Positions 45,901 to 53,558 are shown, numbered from the stretch's first letter. The stretch: 64,000 bases of DNA from Terriglobales bacterium (GCA_035651475.1 DASRFP010000002.1:46597-110596), one strand, 5' to 3'. Numbers and translations: made by a program. The notes: generated by a model from the sequence alone, not told the origin.

Positions 45901-47009
45901 TGGGTATTTGCGGTCGTGAACTGCAGCGTGCCCGGCCTGCTGTCCCCGGCGCAGGTGCCGCCGGTTACTAACGCTGCTTCCGCGGTTCCGGTTCCAGAAA
46001 TGTAGACGTAGTAGTACGGCTCATTGCCCGTTACTCCCGGTGGACATTGCGTCAGAGTTACGGTATTTATGCCCGCGGCGCTCAGGTTGCTGGCCGGTGT
46101 CTGGCTCCATGCGTAATCGGTGGCGTACTTAATCGCCTGCATTCCCGGAGTTAAACCAGGACCGCTGCCTGTTCCACATCCACCCCACGTGGAATCGCCG
46201 CGCAGGCAGACGCCGTTGTTCGCTATCCCCGTTCCCAGTTCAGCAACCGGAACTACTCCGCCGATGAGATCGGCTTTGCCGCCGGAAGCGAGGTCAACAT
46301 AATGCTTATCCGCCGCTTGCTCTGGCGCCGCGGGGTCCCCAGGCAGGGTCAGCGGCCCTGTCATTGTGTCGCCAACCTTTGAAACGTAACTCCCGCTTCC
46401 GACGTTGCCGATCGCGGAATCAACGTAGGACTTGGTCGCCGCGTCCCCGGCTTGGGACGGCGTGGGCAAGCTTGGGGAAACCGCAAAGGTCTTTACTCCG
46501 GTTACTGTTTCGTTTCCGCTCAGGTGCACCACCGTTGCCAATTGTGCGTTTACATACTGCTGTGTCGCAGCCTGTGCTGCCGGAGTCGCGGTTCCCACGA
46601 CTGTCCGGACGGCGGAAATCGTCTCCGGAGAGGACGTTCCGATTGACCAGGTTTCCGTTTTCACAGTTCCATCTGTCAGCTGATACGTGACTGTGTAAAC
46701 CGTTCCAACAGGTGTGGCTCCGGCGTTAGGCGCAAGCTGTGCAGTAAAATTTCCGTTTGCCCCGAGTGTTACGCTGAGATTGCCGGCTGCGACCGTGGCA
46801 CCCCCCGTTGTCGTGAACGCGGGCCAGGAAATCAACAGCGTTCCAGAAGCTGGATTTCCGTCTGCTCGATACACGGTGTCGCTGATGGTACTCAGCGTTG
46901 GGCCTTGTGCCGACGCACGCAGCACCAGCAGCGCCAACAAACACGCAGGCCACATAACAGAAATCGGGCAATAAAAAAGCCGCCACTTCAGGCGGCTTGC
47001 GTCCAGCAT
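42966..47009 (-). CDS. 1347-aa secreted protein with phage tail-fibre-like N-terminal repeats and a beta-helix region
   Basis: GGAGGA lies 5 nt before ATG 47009. The signal peptide ends ..LLALLVLRASAQG. The tail-fibre-type motifs QQYVNAQLA, TKSYVDSAIG, GDTMTGPLTLPGDP and DKHYVDLA follow, then a long Gly/Asn/Thr-rich beta-rich region. Confidence 0.6.
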   Translation of the reverse strand: MLDASRLKWRLFYCPISVMWPACLLALLVLRASAQGPTLSTISDTVYRADGNPASGTLLISWPAFTTTGGATVAAGNLSVTLGANGNFTAQLAPNAGATPVGTVYTVTYQLTDGTVKTETWSIGTSSPETISAVRTVVGTATPAAQAATQQYVNAQLATVVHLSGNETVTGVKTFAVSPSLPTPSQAGDAATKSYVDSAIGNVGSGSYVSKVGDTMTGPLTLPGDPAAPEQAADKHYVDLASGGKADLIGGVVPVAELGTGIANNGVCLRGDSTWGGCGTGSGPGLTPGMQAIKYATDYAWSQTPASNLSAAGINTVTLTQCPPGVTGNEPYYYVYISGTGTAEAALVTGGTCAGDSRPGTLQFTTANTHSAGYTVASASGGLQEALIAARFTPSNPTGTSQSGKVIVPPGEFKAYARIAIRASNITVDFTGSIVECWMNDTCIFVGDSSNSNLFEDITLVNPRGRAAVAGATAPFIEVNAQKSRLMNVETRVPYSGGTFGTYVQVDDDQAFLLDGLDTTIGGGLRCDSTYCGAAVYAPGPFNVFSAVGWLKNLNISLQCNGNGVDWESGNTLRISDSVIQGYAQYGVRGGTRRGGYGGLDLDNIYEEVGSCTNPLGNLGEAGVIMQGNSVRISGGEAPSGVVPLFVNTGTTDYRYYVVAHNTSYGASNALYAGRALTNGTGSITVTAPDIAGATSFDLLRVTNTGLEQAPFGTGNFAVLAGVLRSSACSSGVCTFMDTQAALQSYTVAVPSYFPLLTFWPGSLVLAASADANSPLSPARAWLQNTPSDIVGVAGMAQPSVIANNCDSMSGWTPIWLSCYTAMAPGSFYQQGALLLAAKPNADGGLALNLKGRLNFPTLGSGPSHIITLSDSNFQKTIASQNNRPTNDANDAFIGYDRGDGNPADIGISFGAPLSLSNYIGNVGDGTSWLERLSSSLKEFKTNVQMDSALTVTGATQASAFVASGTGPWMTQTGFGSLSPASSGQSLIGFGTSGKLQVSENGGPLLEVAKLDTTGNVPTAEALAQIPTQCSGSFATGIQANGNANCSTADQIQLAETTAPTGIPNYGIFWFDSTCHCAKAIDNAGQAVQLGLTNVFNQDTGGTNSQNTLEEVNSTNPQTFRVYRAWNSATDWERTALTWDQSDGYFVIKNEIAGPDYTQQPGIGFWIGSGIRWGINSASELKPFLDNAYSLGDVNFRPATGYFGTALYTPALLLQGSANTSGGPVNLTEQTAAITTTNLLGGATVGEYAINVYLESDAACSSPGSAAVSVTIGWGDRTGARTMTVPLQGSGVTSGSVALGSTANFGEAAMTIWNNSQSNNLTYSTSYTACTTGTGTYALYITYRRVQ
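46971..46998 (-). terminator. terminator-like hairpin plus U-run inside codons 4-13 of the 1347-aa gene
   Basis: On the minus strand: AAGCCGCC / UGAAGU / GGCGGCUU followed by UUUUAU. Confidence 0.5.
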
Positions 47010-47046
47010 AATTCCTCCGAATCTTGAGGTTCGACTTAAAGCAGTC

Positions 47047-47628
47047 TCAATCCCCGCTCCTCACCTGCTGCTGCAAAAAATTCTCGACGCTGTTGACATA
47101 TACGTCGGCAAAGTCAACCACCGGTCGCCGCGATGAAATTGTTTCCATTGCGCTGCCCATCTCCCAGCCCATTGAGGACAACACAGCAAGCGTCATCATG
47201 GCAGCTCGGTGCACGCCCGCGGCACAGTGGATGAACAACTTGCTTCCCGGTTGATCGAGAGCATCCATGGCAAAGTCCACTCCGCGCTCCAGAAGTTCCG
47301 GCGGCTTGGGCTGAAAGTCGTCATCCGTCGCATTCCACAACACCTGAATCCCATGCGGTCCTGCCAGTGGCGTGTCGTCGAACTCGATTTGCATGTCAAT
47401 GACATGGGTAACGCCCATCCGCGCCAGCTCAGCCATGTTTTCCGGATTCCAAATGCCGCCACCAAGCGCAACCCGATCGGTAATCCAAGTTATGTCGATC
47501 CCCAAGTTTCGCACTCTCCCGCGCTCAGAATGAACTCCGCCGCACCGTTTTGACGCCAGAATTCCTGTTTGGCGTTGCAGGGCTTTTGCGAAACGAAGCT
47601 CTGCTTGCAGGCGATCAGCCAATCCCAT
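47047..47628 (-). CDS. dual-specificity / tyrosine protein phosphatase (Cys-based)
   Basis: The P-loop HCAAGVHRA is the C-x5-R signature. The ATG at 47628 (MGLADRL..) lies one nt after the upstream stop. The longer track ORF overlaps the upstream gene. Confidence 0.75.
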   Translation of the reverse strand: MGLADRLQAELRFAKALQRQTGILASKRCGGVHSERGRVRNLGIDITWITDRVALGGGIWNPENMAELARMGVTHVIDMQIEFDDTPLAGPHGIQVLWNATDDDFQPKPPELLERGVDFAMDALDQPGSKLFIHCAAGVHRAAMMTLAVLSSMGWEMGSAMETISSRRPVVDFADVYVNSVENFLQQQVRSGD

Positions 47629-47629
47629 T

Positions 47630-47929
47630 TTACGGGTTTCTCGTTTTGCTCGTAACGTCATCCGATTTCGCACTCTCAGGCAACCCAAGCTGGGCAAGCA
47701 GTACCCGCGCCAGGGAGTCCTCTCCGCCCGCCTCACTCTCGGCAGCTGCCGGATAGAGCCCAATCATCTCGAAGAGGTACTTCATCGCCTGATATTGACC
47801 CTCCTCGCGTACGGCATCGATCGCCTGTTGCACCATGGGAACGGCATTCTGGGCAACCAATTCGGTTATTTTTCGGCGCAGGTCGCCCAATTCCAGGGGA
47901 GGGCTGGCGTTTCGGGTGCGCGTTCCCAT
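47630..47929 (-). CDS. hypothetical small helical protein
   Basis: The ATG at 47929 (MGTRTRNASPP..) is preceded by GAGG and lies just downstream of a terminator. The track's upstream extension crosses that terminator. Confidence 0.4.
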   Translation of the reverse strand: MGTRTRNASPPLELGDLRRKITELVAQNAVPMVQQAIDAVREEGQYQAMKYLFEMIGLYPAAAESEAGGEDSLARVLLAQLGLPESAKSDDVTSKTRNP

Positions 47930-47943
47930 GGTGAACCTCGAGG

Positions 47944-47975
47944 CAAAAAAAAGAGCGCACCGTAGGGCGCGCTCT
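47944..47975 (-). terminator. rho-independent terminator
   Basis: On the minus strand: AGAGCGC / GCCCUACGGU / GCGCUCU followed by U8. Confidence 0.65.
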
Positions 47976-48041
47976 GTTTTCTTACTCTCTAATTTCAGAA
48001 TAGCAAATTGAAAAGGAAATTGTGCCACACTTTGCACATTT

Positions 48042-48653
48042 TTATTCGGCTTGTTTGCAATCACTTGCGGCAAATCGGGCCCTTTCCCCCTCTTGACAAG
48101 AATTTTCCACAGGTCGCGATAATGGGAGCTGGTTGAGCAAGCCCCCTTCCAGGAATGACTCGCTGATAGCGTCGATGGTTTCGGGAAACTGGCGGCAAAG
48201 AGTCCTGCGCCCGCATCCTAAAACCGCCGCTGCTGCCTCCTGCGAGTAATCCTGAAAGATAATCACCGCGATCATGTCTTTGCTGAAGGTATCGAGTTGA
48301 TCGAGTATCCGCTCTACATCGTGAACGAAGATAACCGCGTCTTCGAATGTCGCCATACGGTAAGACGTCACTTTAGAACGAAATAACTCTCTTCCCAATA
48401 GCGATGGCAACCTTCCTACTTCAATGGATAGCCGTAAATATCTCTTCAGCAGGCCGATCGTACGCTCACGATAGAGCCACAAATCGGGATTGCGACCCGA
48501 TGCTGACGAGGTGAAGTAACTTTCCTCCGTTGATTCCGGCACATCGCCGTCTTCAGGCTCATTAGACGAACCGGCAGGCAAGTGCTCGTGATTGAGCTTC
48601 GCGCAACTCCGACTTGCTGGCGCAAATATTCCAAGCGGGAGATTGGTACTCAT
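48042..48653 (-). CDS. sigma-70 region-4-like HTH regulator (possible phage-type sigma/activator)
   Basis: The C-terminal part ..DMIAVIIFQDYSQEAAAAVLGCGRRTLCRQFPETI.. looks like a sigma region 4 HTH. I see no clear region 2. Its start overlaps the upstream stop (ATGA). Confidence 0.45.
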   Translation of the reverse strand: MSTNLPLGIFAPASRSCAKLNHEHLPAGSSNEPEDGDVPESTEESYFTSSASGRNPDLWLYRERTIGLLKRYLRLSIEVGRLPSLLGRELFRSKVTSYRMATFEDAVIFVHDVERILDQLDTFSKDMIAVIIFQDYSQEAAAAVLGCGRRTLCRQFPETIDAISESFLEGGLLNQLPLSRPVENSCQEGERARFAASDCKQAE

Positions 48654-48883
48654 GCCTGACCTCCTTCGCCCCAGAATGTGTTGTCTGTGTCTGATTCGTC
48701 CGAGACAGGGACGCCGCTTCGGCTATGCTCCAAACAGCGCGAATCACGGGCAATTCCGGCCATAATCATCGAGCACGATGGGCAATACACAATCTCCGAG
48801 CCCCTGATCCGAAGCCAGAGCCCACCGCAGCGCTCGCAATATTTGAGTTCCATCTGAATCGCATTGCTGTCGATGCTTTCCAC
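48650..48883 (-). CDS. small zinc-ribbon protein
   Basis: CERCGG...CPSC forms two CxxC pairs. GTG start preceded by TAGGAGG. Confidence 0.5.
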   Translation of the reverse strand: MESIDSNAIQMELKYCERCGGLWLRIRGSEIVYCPSCSMIMAGIARDSRCLEHSRSGVPVSDESDTDNTFWGEGGQA

Positions 48884-48905
48884 CTTGCCTCCTAACGGGT
48901 AACGA

Positions 48906-48945
48906 CAAAAAGGCCCTGCACCGGAGTCAACCGGTTACAGGGCCC
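48906..48945 (-). terminator. terminator/attenuator-like hairpin between the first and second genes of the leftward operon
   Basis: On the minus strand: GGCCCUG...(inner hairpin ACCGG/CCGGU)...CAGGGCC followed by UUUUUG. Confidence 0.5.
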
Positions 48946-49004
48946 GTTTCTGTTACGACGACCTGTAAGTTTTATTTAGTTAAAGGGTTTAGGCCTACCG
49001 CAGC

Positions 49005-49214
49005 TCAGCTCCCAGGGTGATGGTGCCGGAAATATCCCTCCTCATATCCTGATTTGAGCACTTGCCCGTTCTGGATAATGACACTCAATTTGCCGTTGAA
49101 GCGAATTTCAGAAAGTAAGCGCAGCATCGCGGCCGAGAGAACCTCGGCGGCGCGAATCTTTCGACGAAATTCGACAAAACCGGCTTCTTCCATCCCATGG
49201 GATACTTCCGGCAT
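49005..49214 (-). CDS. small hypothetical protein (DUF2292/YezD-like C-terminus?)
   Basis: 69 aa. ..RFNGKLSVIIQNGQVLKSGYEEGY.. is reminiscent of YezD-type small proteins. It is the first gene of the leftward operon. The start is uncertain. Confidence 0.3.
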   Translation of the reverse strand: MPEVSHGMEEAGFVEFRRKIRAAEVLSAAMLRLLSEIRFNGKLSVIIQNGQVLKSGYEEGYFRHHHPGS

Positions 49215-49455
49215 GGACGACCTTCATTTCTCCCCTCGATCAATTCTGTTATAGGATTCCGTCATGGTATAGCTCACAGTTTTGTAGCGTCAAGGGGAAA
49301 TGGCACACCCGCGCATTCCCTTGCTTTGCTAGGTTTTGCGAGACGCAATGGCCCACTCGTGCCATATCGAGGTCCGCACTTTCGTTGTGGATAATCGTGG
49401 AAAAAGATCACTGCGGAATCGCGGTTAGTTAATAGCTGTGTGTAGCAAGATACTA

Positions 49456-49473
49456 ATAGCCAACCGCTATAAT
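49456..49473 (+). promoter_or_regulatory. candidate operator palindrome overlapping a TATAAT box upstream of the repressor gene
   Basis: ATAGC-CAACC-GCTAT (49456-49470) overlaps TATAAT (49468-49473). A second box, TATATT (49481-49486), lies 6 nt before ATG 49493. TAATAGC recurs at about 49427 and 49454. Confidence 0.3.
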
Positions 49474-49492
49474 CCGCTGCTATATTGCGTCT

Positions 49493-50209
49493 ATGAAGTT
49501 CAAGGCCTTACAGGAAAATCTTCGCAAAGCACTTTGGGAACGGATTGACGAGGGCGATCTGACCGGCCTGAAACTGGCGTCACAAACTGGTTTCCGGCAG
49601 GCTCATATCTCGAACTTTCTAAACCGAAAACGAAGCTTGAGCCTGGATGGCATGGACCGGGTGTTGAGCGTACAGCACCTCTCAGTGCTGGACTTGCTTG
49701 ATCCGGCCGAGGTCAACAAGCGCGCCACCGTTCGCCCGCCCAGTGACGATGAATTCGAGAACATTTTTGTCGTAGACGGCTGGGTCGCCGCTACCCAGCC
49801 CCTCGTCATGAGCATGAACGTCCGTGAAATTTACAAAATCAAGCGCAGTTTTCTCCGCAAGCTGCGCTCAGATATGCATGGCAGGCGCAGTGACTGGGAA
49901 CGGTTTGTGGCCATAAAGATCGAGGCCACTGATGGAATGAGCATGTATCCGCGTCTGCTGCCCGGGGCTACGGTGCTCATAGACCGCCATTACAACAGTT
50001 TGCACCCTTATCGAAAGGGCGAATTGAACATGTACGCTGTGCGCACGAAAGACTCATGCGTCATCCGTTATGTTGAGCTGGCCGGGAAAAACATCATGCT
50101 CAGGCCGCACAGCCAGACTTATCCCATAGAAGTTCTCCCCCTGGCTGAAGGCGAACCCTCTTCTGACTATTTAGTTGGCCGAGTTTGCTATATAGGAATA
50201 GAGACTTAA
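49493..50209 (+). CDS. LexA/CI-like repressor (N-terminal HTH plus C-terminal S24 peptidase domain)
   Basis: The N-terminus LKLASQTGFRQAHISNFLNRKRSLS is HTH-like. The C-terminus DGMSMYPRLLPGATVLIDR...VIRYVEL...LRPHS fits the S24 self-cleaving repressor fold. It is divergent from the phage-like operon. Confidence 0.8.
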   Translation: MKFKALQENLRKALWERIDEGDLTGLKLASQTGFRQAHISNFLNRKRSLSLDGMDRVLSVQHLSVLDLLDPAEVNKRATVRPPSDDEFENIFVVDGWVAATQPLVMSMNVREIYKIKRSFLRKLRSDMHGRRSDWERFVAIKIEATDGMSMYPRLLPGATVLIDRHYNSLHPYRKGELNMYAVRTKDSCVIRYVELAGKNIMLRPHSQTYPIEVLPLAEGEPSSDYLVGRVCYIGIET

Positions 50210-50279
50210 TGTCAGCCACGCCTGTCTAGCTCTCACTACCACAGGTTGGTCCATCCGTTTTACACGCTCAGAAGCGGTG

Positions 50280-52397
50280 TCAGTGTTGCAGTAGAGCGTC
50301 TGAGGTTTGCGTCGTATTGTTGACTCGTTCGGCACTGACGGCAAACCGTGAAGTGACCACGATCGGTCGTTTCTGTCCAGGAGGAATGAACTCCAATTCT
50401 GCCAGGTACCTCCCTTCGGGAATCTTTAGTTTGGAGAGATTGAACGTGTGCAGCACCGGGATGCCTGGAATAGCGGGAGTGGGGCTGAGAACCTCCGCGG
50501 GTGCCTCGGTGATCACTCGCCTACCCGATTCGTCCCGCAGGGATGCGGTTACTTTCCAACCCTTCGGAAAGTTTCTCGACTTGGGATAAAAACGCAAGAA
50601 CATCGTGATCTCACTGTGATTCGGAAAGTTACGGTCGACACTGGGGATGAGTCGGCGGTCGCCAACCTCTAACGGATCGGGTGCGTTTTCGTTCTCGGTC
50701 CGGTTTACTTTCTGAGCGGGATTTTGATTTTCGTGGTCGCTTTTCTCTTTGTTTAGCAGCTCCGTGGCCCATTGTCGAGATAGCGTCATAGAACTGGCTA
50801 CAACATCGGTCGGCATTTGCCGAGGAACCTCAAAGAAGACCCTGCAACTCCCTGCGACAGCATTGTAGAGGTCAGCAACCGCGACCTTCAGTTGGTACCT
50901 CCCAGGTTTAAGCTGGGTAAGGACGTTGTATGTTGCTTTCTGAAGGGCATACCCGTTTTCTTCTTCCGATTCTCGTTGCGCATTCCAGGAATTCGTGGCT
51001 TGGACGCGACCGACTACCGTACCCTGTTCGTTCTGCACTATGCCCACAAGCATGGTCCAGCGTCGATCGCTCGATGTCTCTTTCGGCACCCACCATTGCG
51101 CATGGATCGCGGCATTAATTGTGATGTCTGGTTGAGACGGATTCAAGAACACGCTGCTGCGTGAAGTCAGCTCGATCTCACCGAGCGGTTGATCTTCCAA
51201 GAGAGCCCTATACAGCCACTGTTGTTTCTCGCCTCGCGAAAGGCTGGAAAATGGAATTGGTGCGTAGTAGCCTGCCTTTGCAAGAAGTTGCAGCTTTGGT
51301 TTGTTTACTTCCACCCGTATGCGATGGTACGTTCCGTCAGCTTGCAGATCGGGTAGGTAATAAGCGATGTCGTAGTAGCTGGAGTCTTCCTTCGTCAGGC
51401 GAAAAGCATGGCTGAGATCGTTGCCTAAGGAGACGCGCCCTCCGGTTACTGCGGCCACATGGCTTAGGAGCTGCGCCTGCGATGCTAGAGCTGATGTGGT
51501 GGAGAACATGCCACTGATCTGACTAAGCGAACTTGGAGCTGATTCTTCAGGACCGAAATAATTCGGCGTACTCGCGTCGCCACCAAGAATGACGGGTTCA
51601 ACTCCCCGGGCGTACACGGGATAGATGGCAACATCGGAGCTAAGTGCTAGTCGCAGCAGTTGCCAAGGCGAATTCCCTGTGCCAAACTCGCGGATCCCAA
51701 GGCACTGGCTATCCACCCCCAGATCGCTGAAGATAACCAAGAATTTTCTGCCCGGCATCGAACGCATCTGTGATACGCGCTCACTCGCAGCGGCAATCCA
51801 GGGGCCTCCCATACACGGACTCTCTTTTACGCGCTGCAACTTGCCAATGGCATTGATGATAGAGTCGCGGTCGAGAGTAAACGGTAGTACGATTGACGAA
51901 TTATCGACGATGGCCACCGCTGCGCCATTCAGTAGCCCTTCTTTGGCTGCCTTTCGGACGGCTTGAAGTGCAAAGGAACGTGAGGCGAATTGCAATTGAG
52001 GAATAACAATAAGTATGTGAGGACGATCGGGTTTCTCACTCAGAGTACGATTTTGGGGCTTACTCGTCGAAGGTCTACTTGAGTCAACAGCCTCCGGCGC
52101 GGCGTTTTCTTCCTGCATATTTACGCCAGTCCCAGCTTGGACATAAAGAAACCGGGTCACTGCTTCTGGGTTGCCGTTGTCGTAGAGATGGAAGTCGGTT
52201 GCCTTCAAGTCTGTTACGGCATGGCCTTTGCGATCCCGAACAATTACGGGGACTTGGATCAGGTTAACAGACTTTTTCAGCGTATCTGAACCTGGAAGTT
52301 GTTGGGCACTAAGTGAACTCCCGAGAAGCAGGAGGGCACAGAGAAGCCCTTTAGCCCTAGCTACAAGCCGCTCTTCGCGTCTAAGCACCCACTCCAT
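50280..52397 (-). CDS. VWFA-related (Acidobacteria-type) secreted protein
   Basis: Signal peptide, then VNLIQVPVIVRDRKGHAVTDLKATDFHLYDNGNPEAVTRF, the hallmark N-terminal region of VWFA-related acidobacterial proteins. A vWA-like region follows (..ILIVIPQLQF.., ..FLVIFSDLG..). Confidence 0.7.
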   Translation of the reverse strand: MEWVLRREERLVARAKGLLCALLLLGSSLSAQQLPGSDTLKKSVNLIQVPVIVRDRKGHAVTDLKATDFHLYDNGNPEAVTRFLYVQAGTGVNMQEENAAPEAVDSSRPSTSKPQNRTLSEKPDRPHILIVIPQLQFASRSFALQAVRKAAKEGLLNGAAVAIVDNSSIVLPFTLDRDSIINAIGKLQRVKESPCMGGPWIAAASERVSQMRSMPGRKFLVIFSDLGVDSQCLGIREFGTGNSPWQLLRLALSSDVAIYPVYARGVEPVILGGDASTPNYFGPEESAPSSLSQISGMFSTTSALASQAQLLSHVAAVTGGRVSLGNDLSHAFRLTKEDSSYYDIAYYLPDLQADGTYHRIRVEVNKPKLQLLAKAGYYAPIPFSSLSRGEKQQWLYRALLEDQPLGEIELTSRSSVFLNPSQPDITINAAIHAQWWVPKETSSDRRWTMLVGIVQNEQGTVVGRVQATNSWNAQRESEEENGYALQKATYNVLTQLKPGRYQLKVAVADLYNAVAGSCRVFFEVPRQMPTDVVASSMTLSRQWATELLNKEKSDHENQNPAQKVNRTENENAPDPLEVGDRRLIPSVDRNFPNHSEITMFLRFYPKSRNFPKGWKVTASLRDESGRRVITEAPAEVLSPTPAIPGIPVLHTFNLSKLKIPEGRYLAELEFIPPGQKRPIVVTSRFAVSAERVNNTTQTSDALLQH

Positions 52398-52508
52398 TTC
52401 ACATCAACTTCTGCAGGTTATTCTTTTATCATCGCATTGTCCACAATACACTCGACGGCAAAGAACACGAGAACCTCAAACTAACTCGTAAATATGTTCT
52501 CCTTCTCA

Positions 52509-53558
52509 TTACTGGTGCAGTGCGACGTTATTGTCTAGGTACACATCCCAAGCCCACCTGCCGTCATGACGATCGGCGAAATCCCAAATACGCGACCGGA
52601 GCCGGAAGTAATTACCGTACGGATCCGTGAACGGGCTGATCTCATAGTGTAGTTCGATTCGCTTAATTCCCACTTGGGGCAATGTGTAAAGTTCCTCCGG
52701 CTGGGACACCCCGTCATGGTTCTTATCAATCCAGACGCGCAGGTGTGTATAGATTGCATCATGTGCGTCGATAAAACCGTCACCATTTCCGCCATGGTCG
52801 GTGCGATCAAACACCGCGAGCGCCAAGAAACCATTCTGGTTGTCAGACTTGGGCTGCGATGTCATATTGCCAAATAGCTCTTGGCCATTATCGATTTTTC
52901 CATTTCCATTGCGATCGAGAGCAAGCCACCCATTCTGAGCTTCCGGAGCAGTCCAGCCCAGGCGGACACTTCGACGATTTCCTAGAAGATCGAAATAAAC
53001 ACCGTCTCGTGCGTCTGTCATTTTGAACCCCTCCCCGGCAACATCGATCAGGATTGGGGAGTCACACTGCCATTGCTGTCCTGCACAAACTGGAGATGGG
53101 CAATCAGGTTTTGGAAGTTGGCAACCACAAGTATATGCGCATCCGGCAATGCCATCGACGTAAGCGCAGCAAATTGCCCCGGTTGTATTCTCACAATAGA
53201 GCGGACAATATGTACCGGAGCAGTCCGCGGAGCGTTCGCTTTTGCAGGTGGACTGCTGGCTTGAGCAGGTAGACATATTGCTCTTGTATGTCGTGGTACA
53301 GCTAGCTCTGCATGAGGTATCCTGTGACGTACCTTTTCCATATTCTTCATCGCAGGTCGTATTGCAGCTATTTTCGGTCTCTAGCGCCGAAGCTGCGCAA
53401 GCGCTGTATGCTGTGGCGCAACTTTCTGGCCAAGCACCTCCATCATTTAATTGGCAACCTTGAGCTTGCACGGATGTTGTTTTCGGGAGCCATAGCCATA
53501 CTAGTCCTAACACTACCAGAGCGGCGATGCGTGTTATGCTTTTCATTCGATACCTCAC
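52509..53558 (-). CDS. secreted protein with a Cys-rich N-terminal domain and EF-hand-like calcium-binding loops
   Basis: Signal peptide ..LPKTTSVQAQG, then a very Cys-rich ~130-aa stretch, then three D-x-N/D-x-D/N-G loops (DRNGNGKIDNGQE, GGNGDGFIDAHD, DKNHDGVSQPEE). Confidence 0.5.
   Translation of the reverse strand: MRYRMKSITRIAALVVLGLVWLWLPKTTSVQAQGCQLNDGGAWPESCATAYSACAASALETENSCNTTCDEEYGKGTSQDTSCRASCTTTYKSNMSTCSSQQSTCKSERSADCSGTYCPLYCENTTGAICCAYVDGIAGCAYTCGCQLPKPDCPSPVCAGQQWQCDSPILIDVAGEGFKMTDARDGVYFDLLGNRRSVRLGWTAPEAQNGWLALDRNGNGKIDNGQELFGNMTSQPKSDNQNGFLALAVFDRTDHGGNGDGFIDAHDAIYTHLRVWIDKNHDGVSQPEELYTLPQVGIKRIELHYEISPFTDPYGNYFRLRSRIWDFADRHDGRWAWDVYLDNNVALHQ

Larger units (their letters stand above)
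26127..50209. mobile_element. phage-derived block (cryptic prophage or domesticated, GTA-like particle locus)
   Basis: It contains a contiguous same-strand set of terminase, portal, protease, scaffold, capsid, connector and tail-like genes, plus a divergent LexA/CI-type repressor. I could not recognise an integrase, replication, tape-measure or lysis genes, a tRNA or flanking direct repeats. The boundaries are approximate. Confidence 0.6.

Noticed and set aside
42966-47009. Diversity-generating retroelement targeting the tail-fibre-like gene
   Set aside because: No reverse transcriptase ORF is present, and I saw no template/variable repeat pair near the 3' end of the gene.
26100-50290. att sites, tRNA integration target or integrase at the edges of the phage-like block
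   Set aside because: I compared about 60 nt on each flank by eye and found no shared direct repeat. No tRNA-like cloverleaf and no tyrosine/serine recombinase motifs appear in any frame near the edges. Absence by eye is weak evidence, so it is noted inside the prophage finding and not claimed as a feature.
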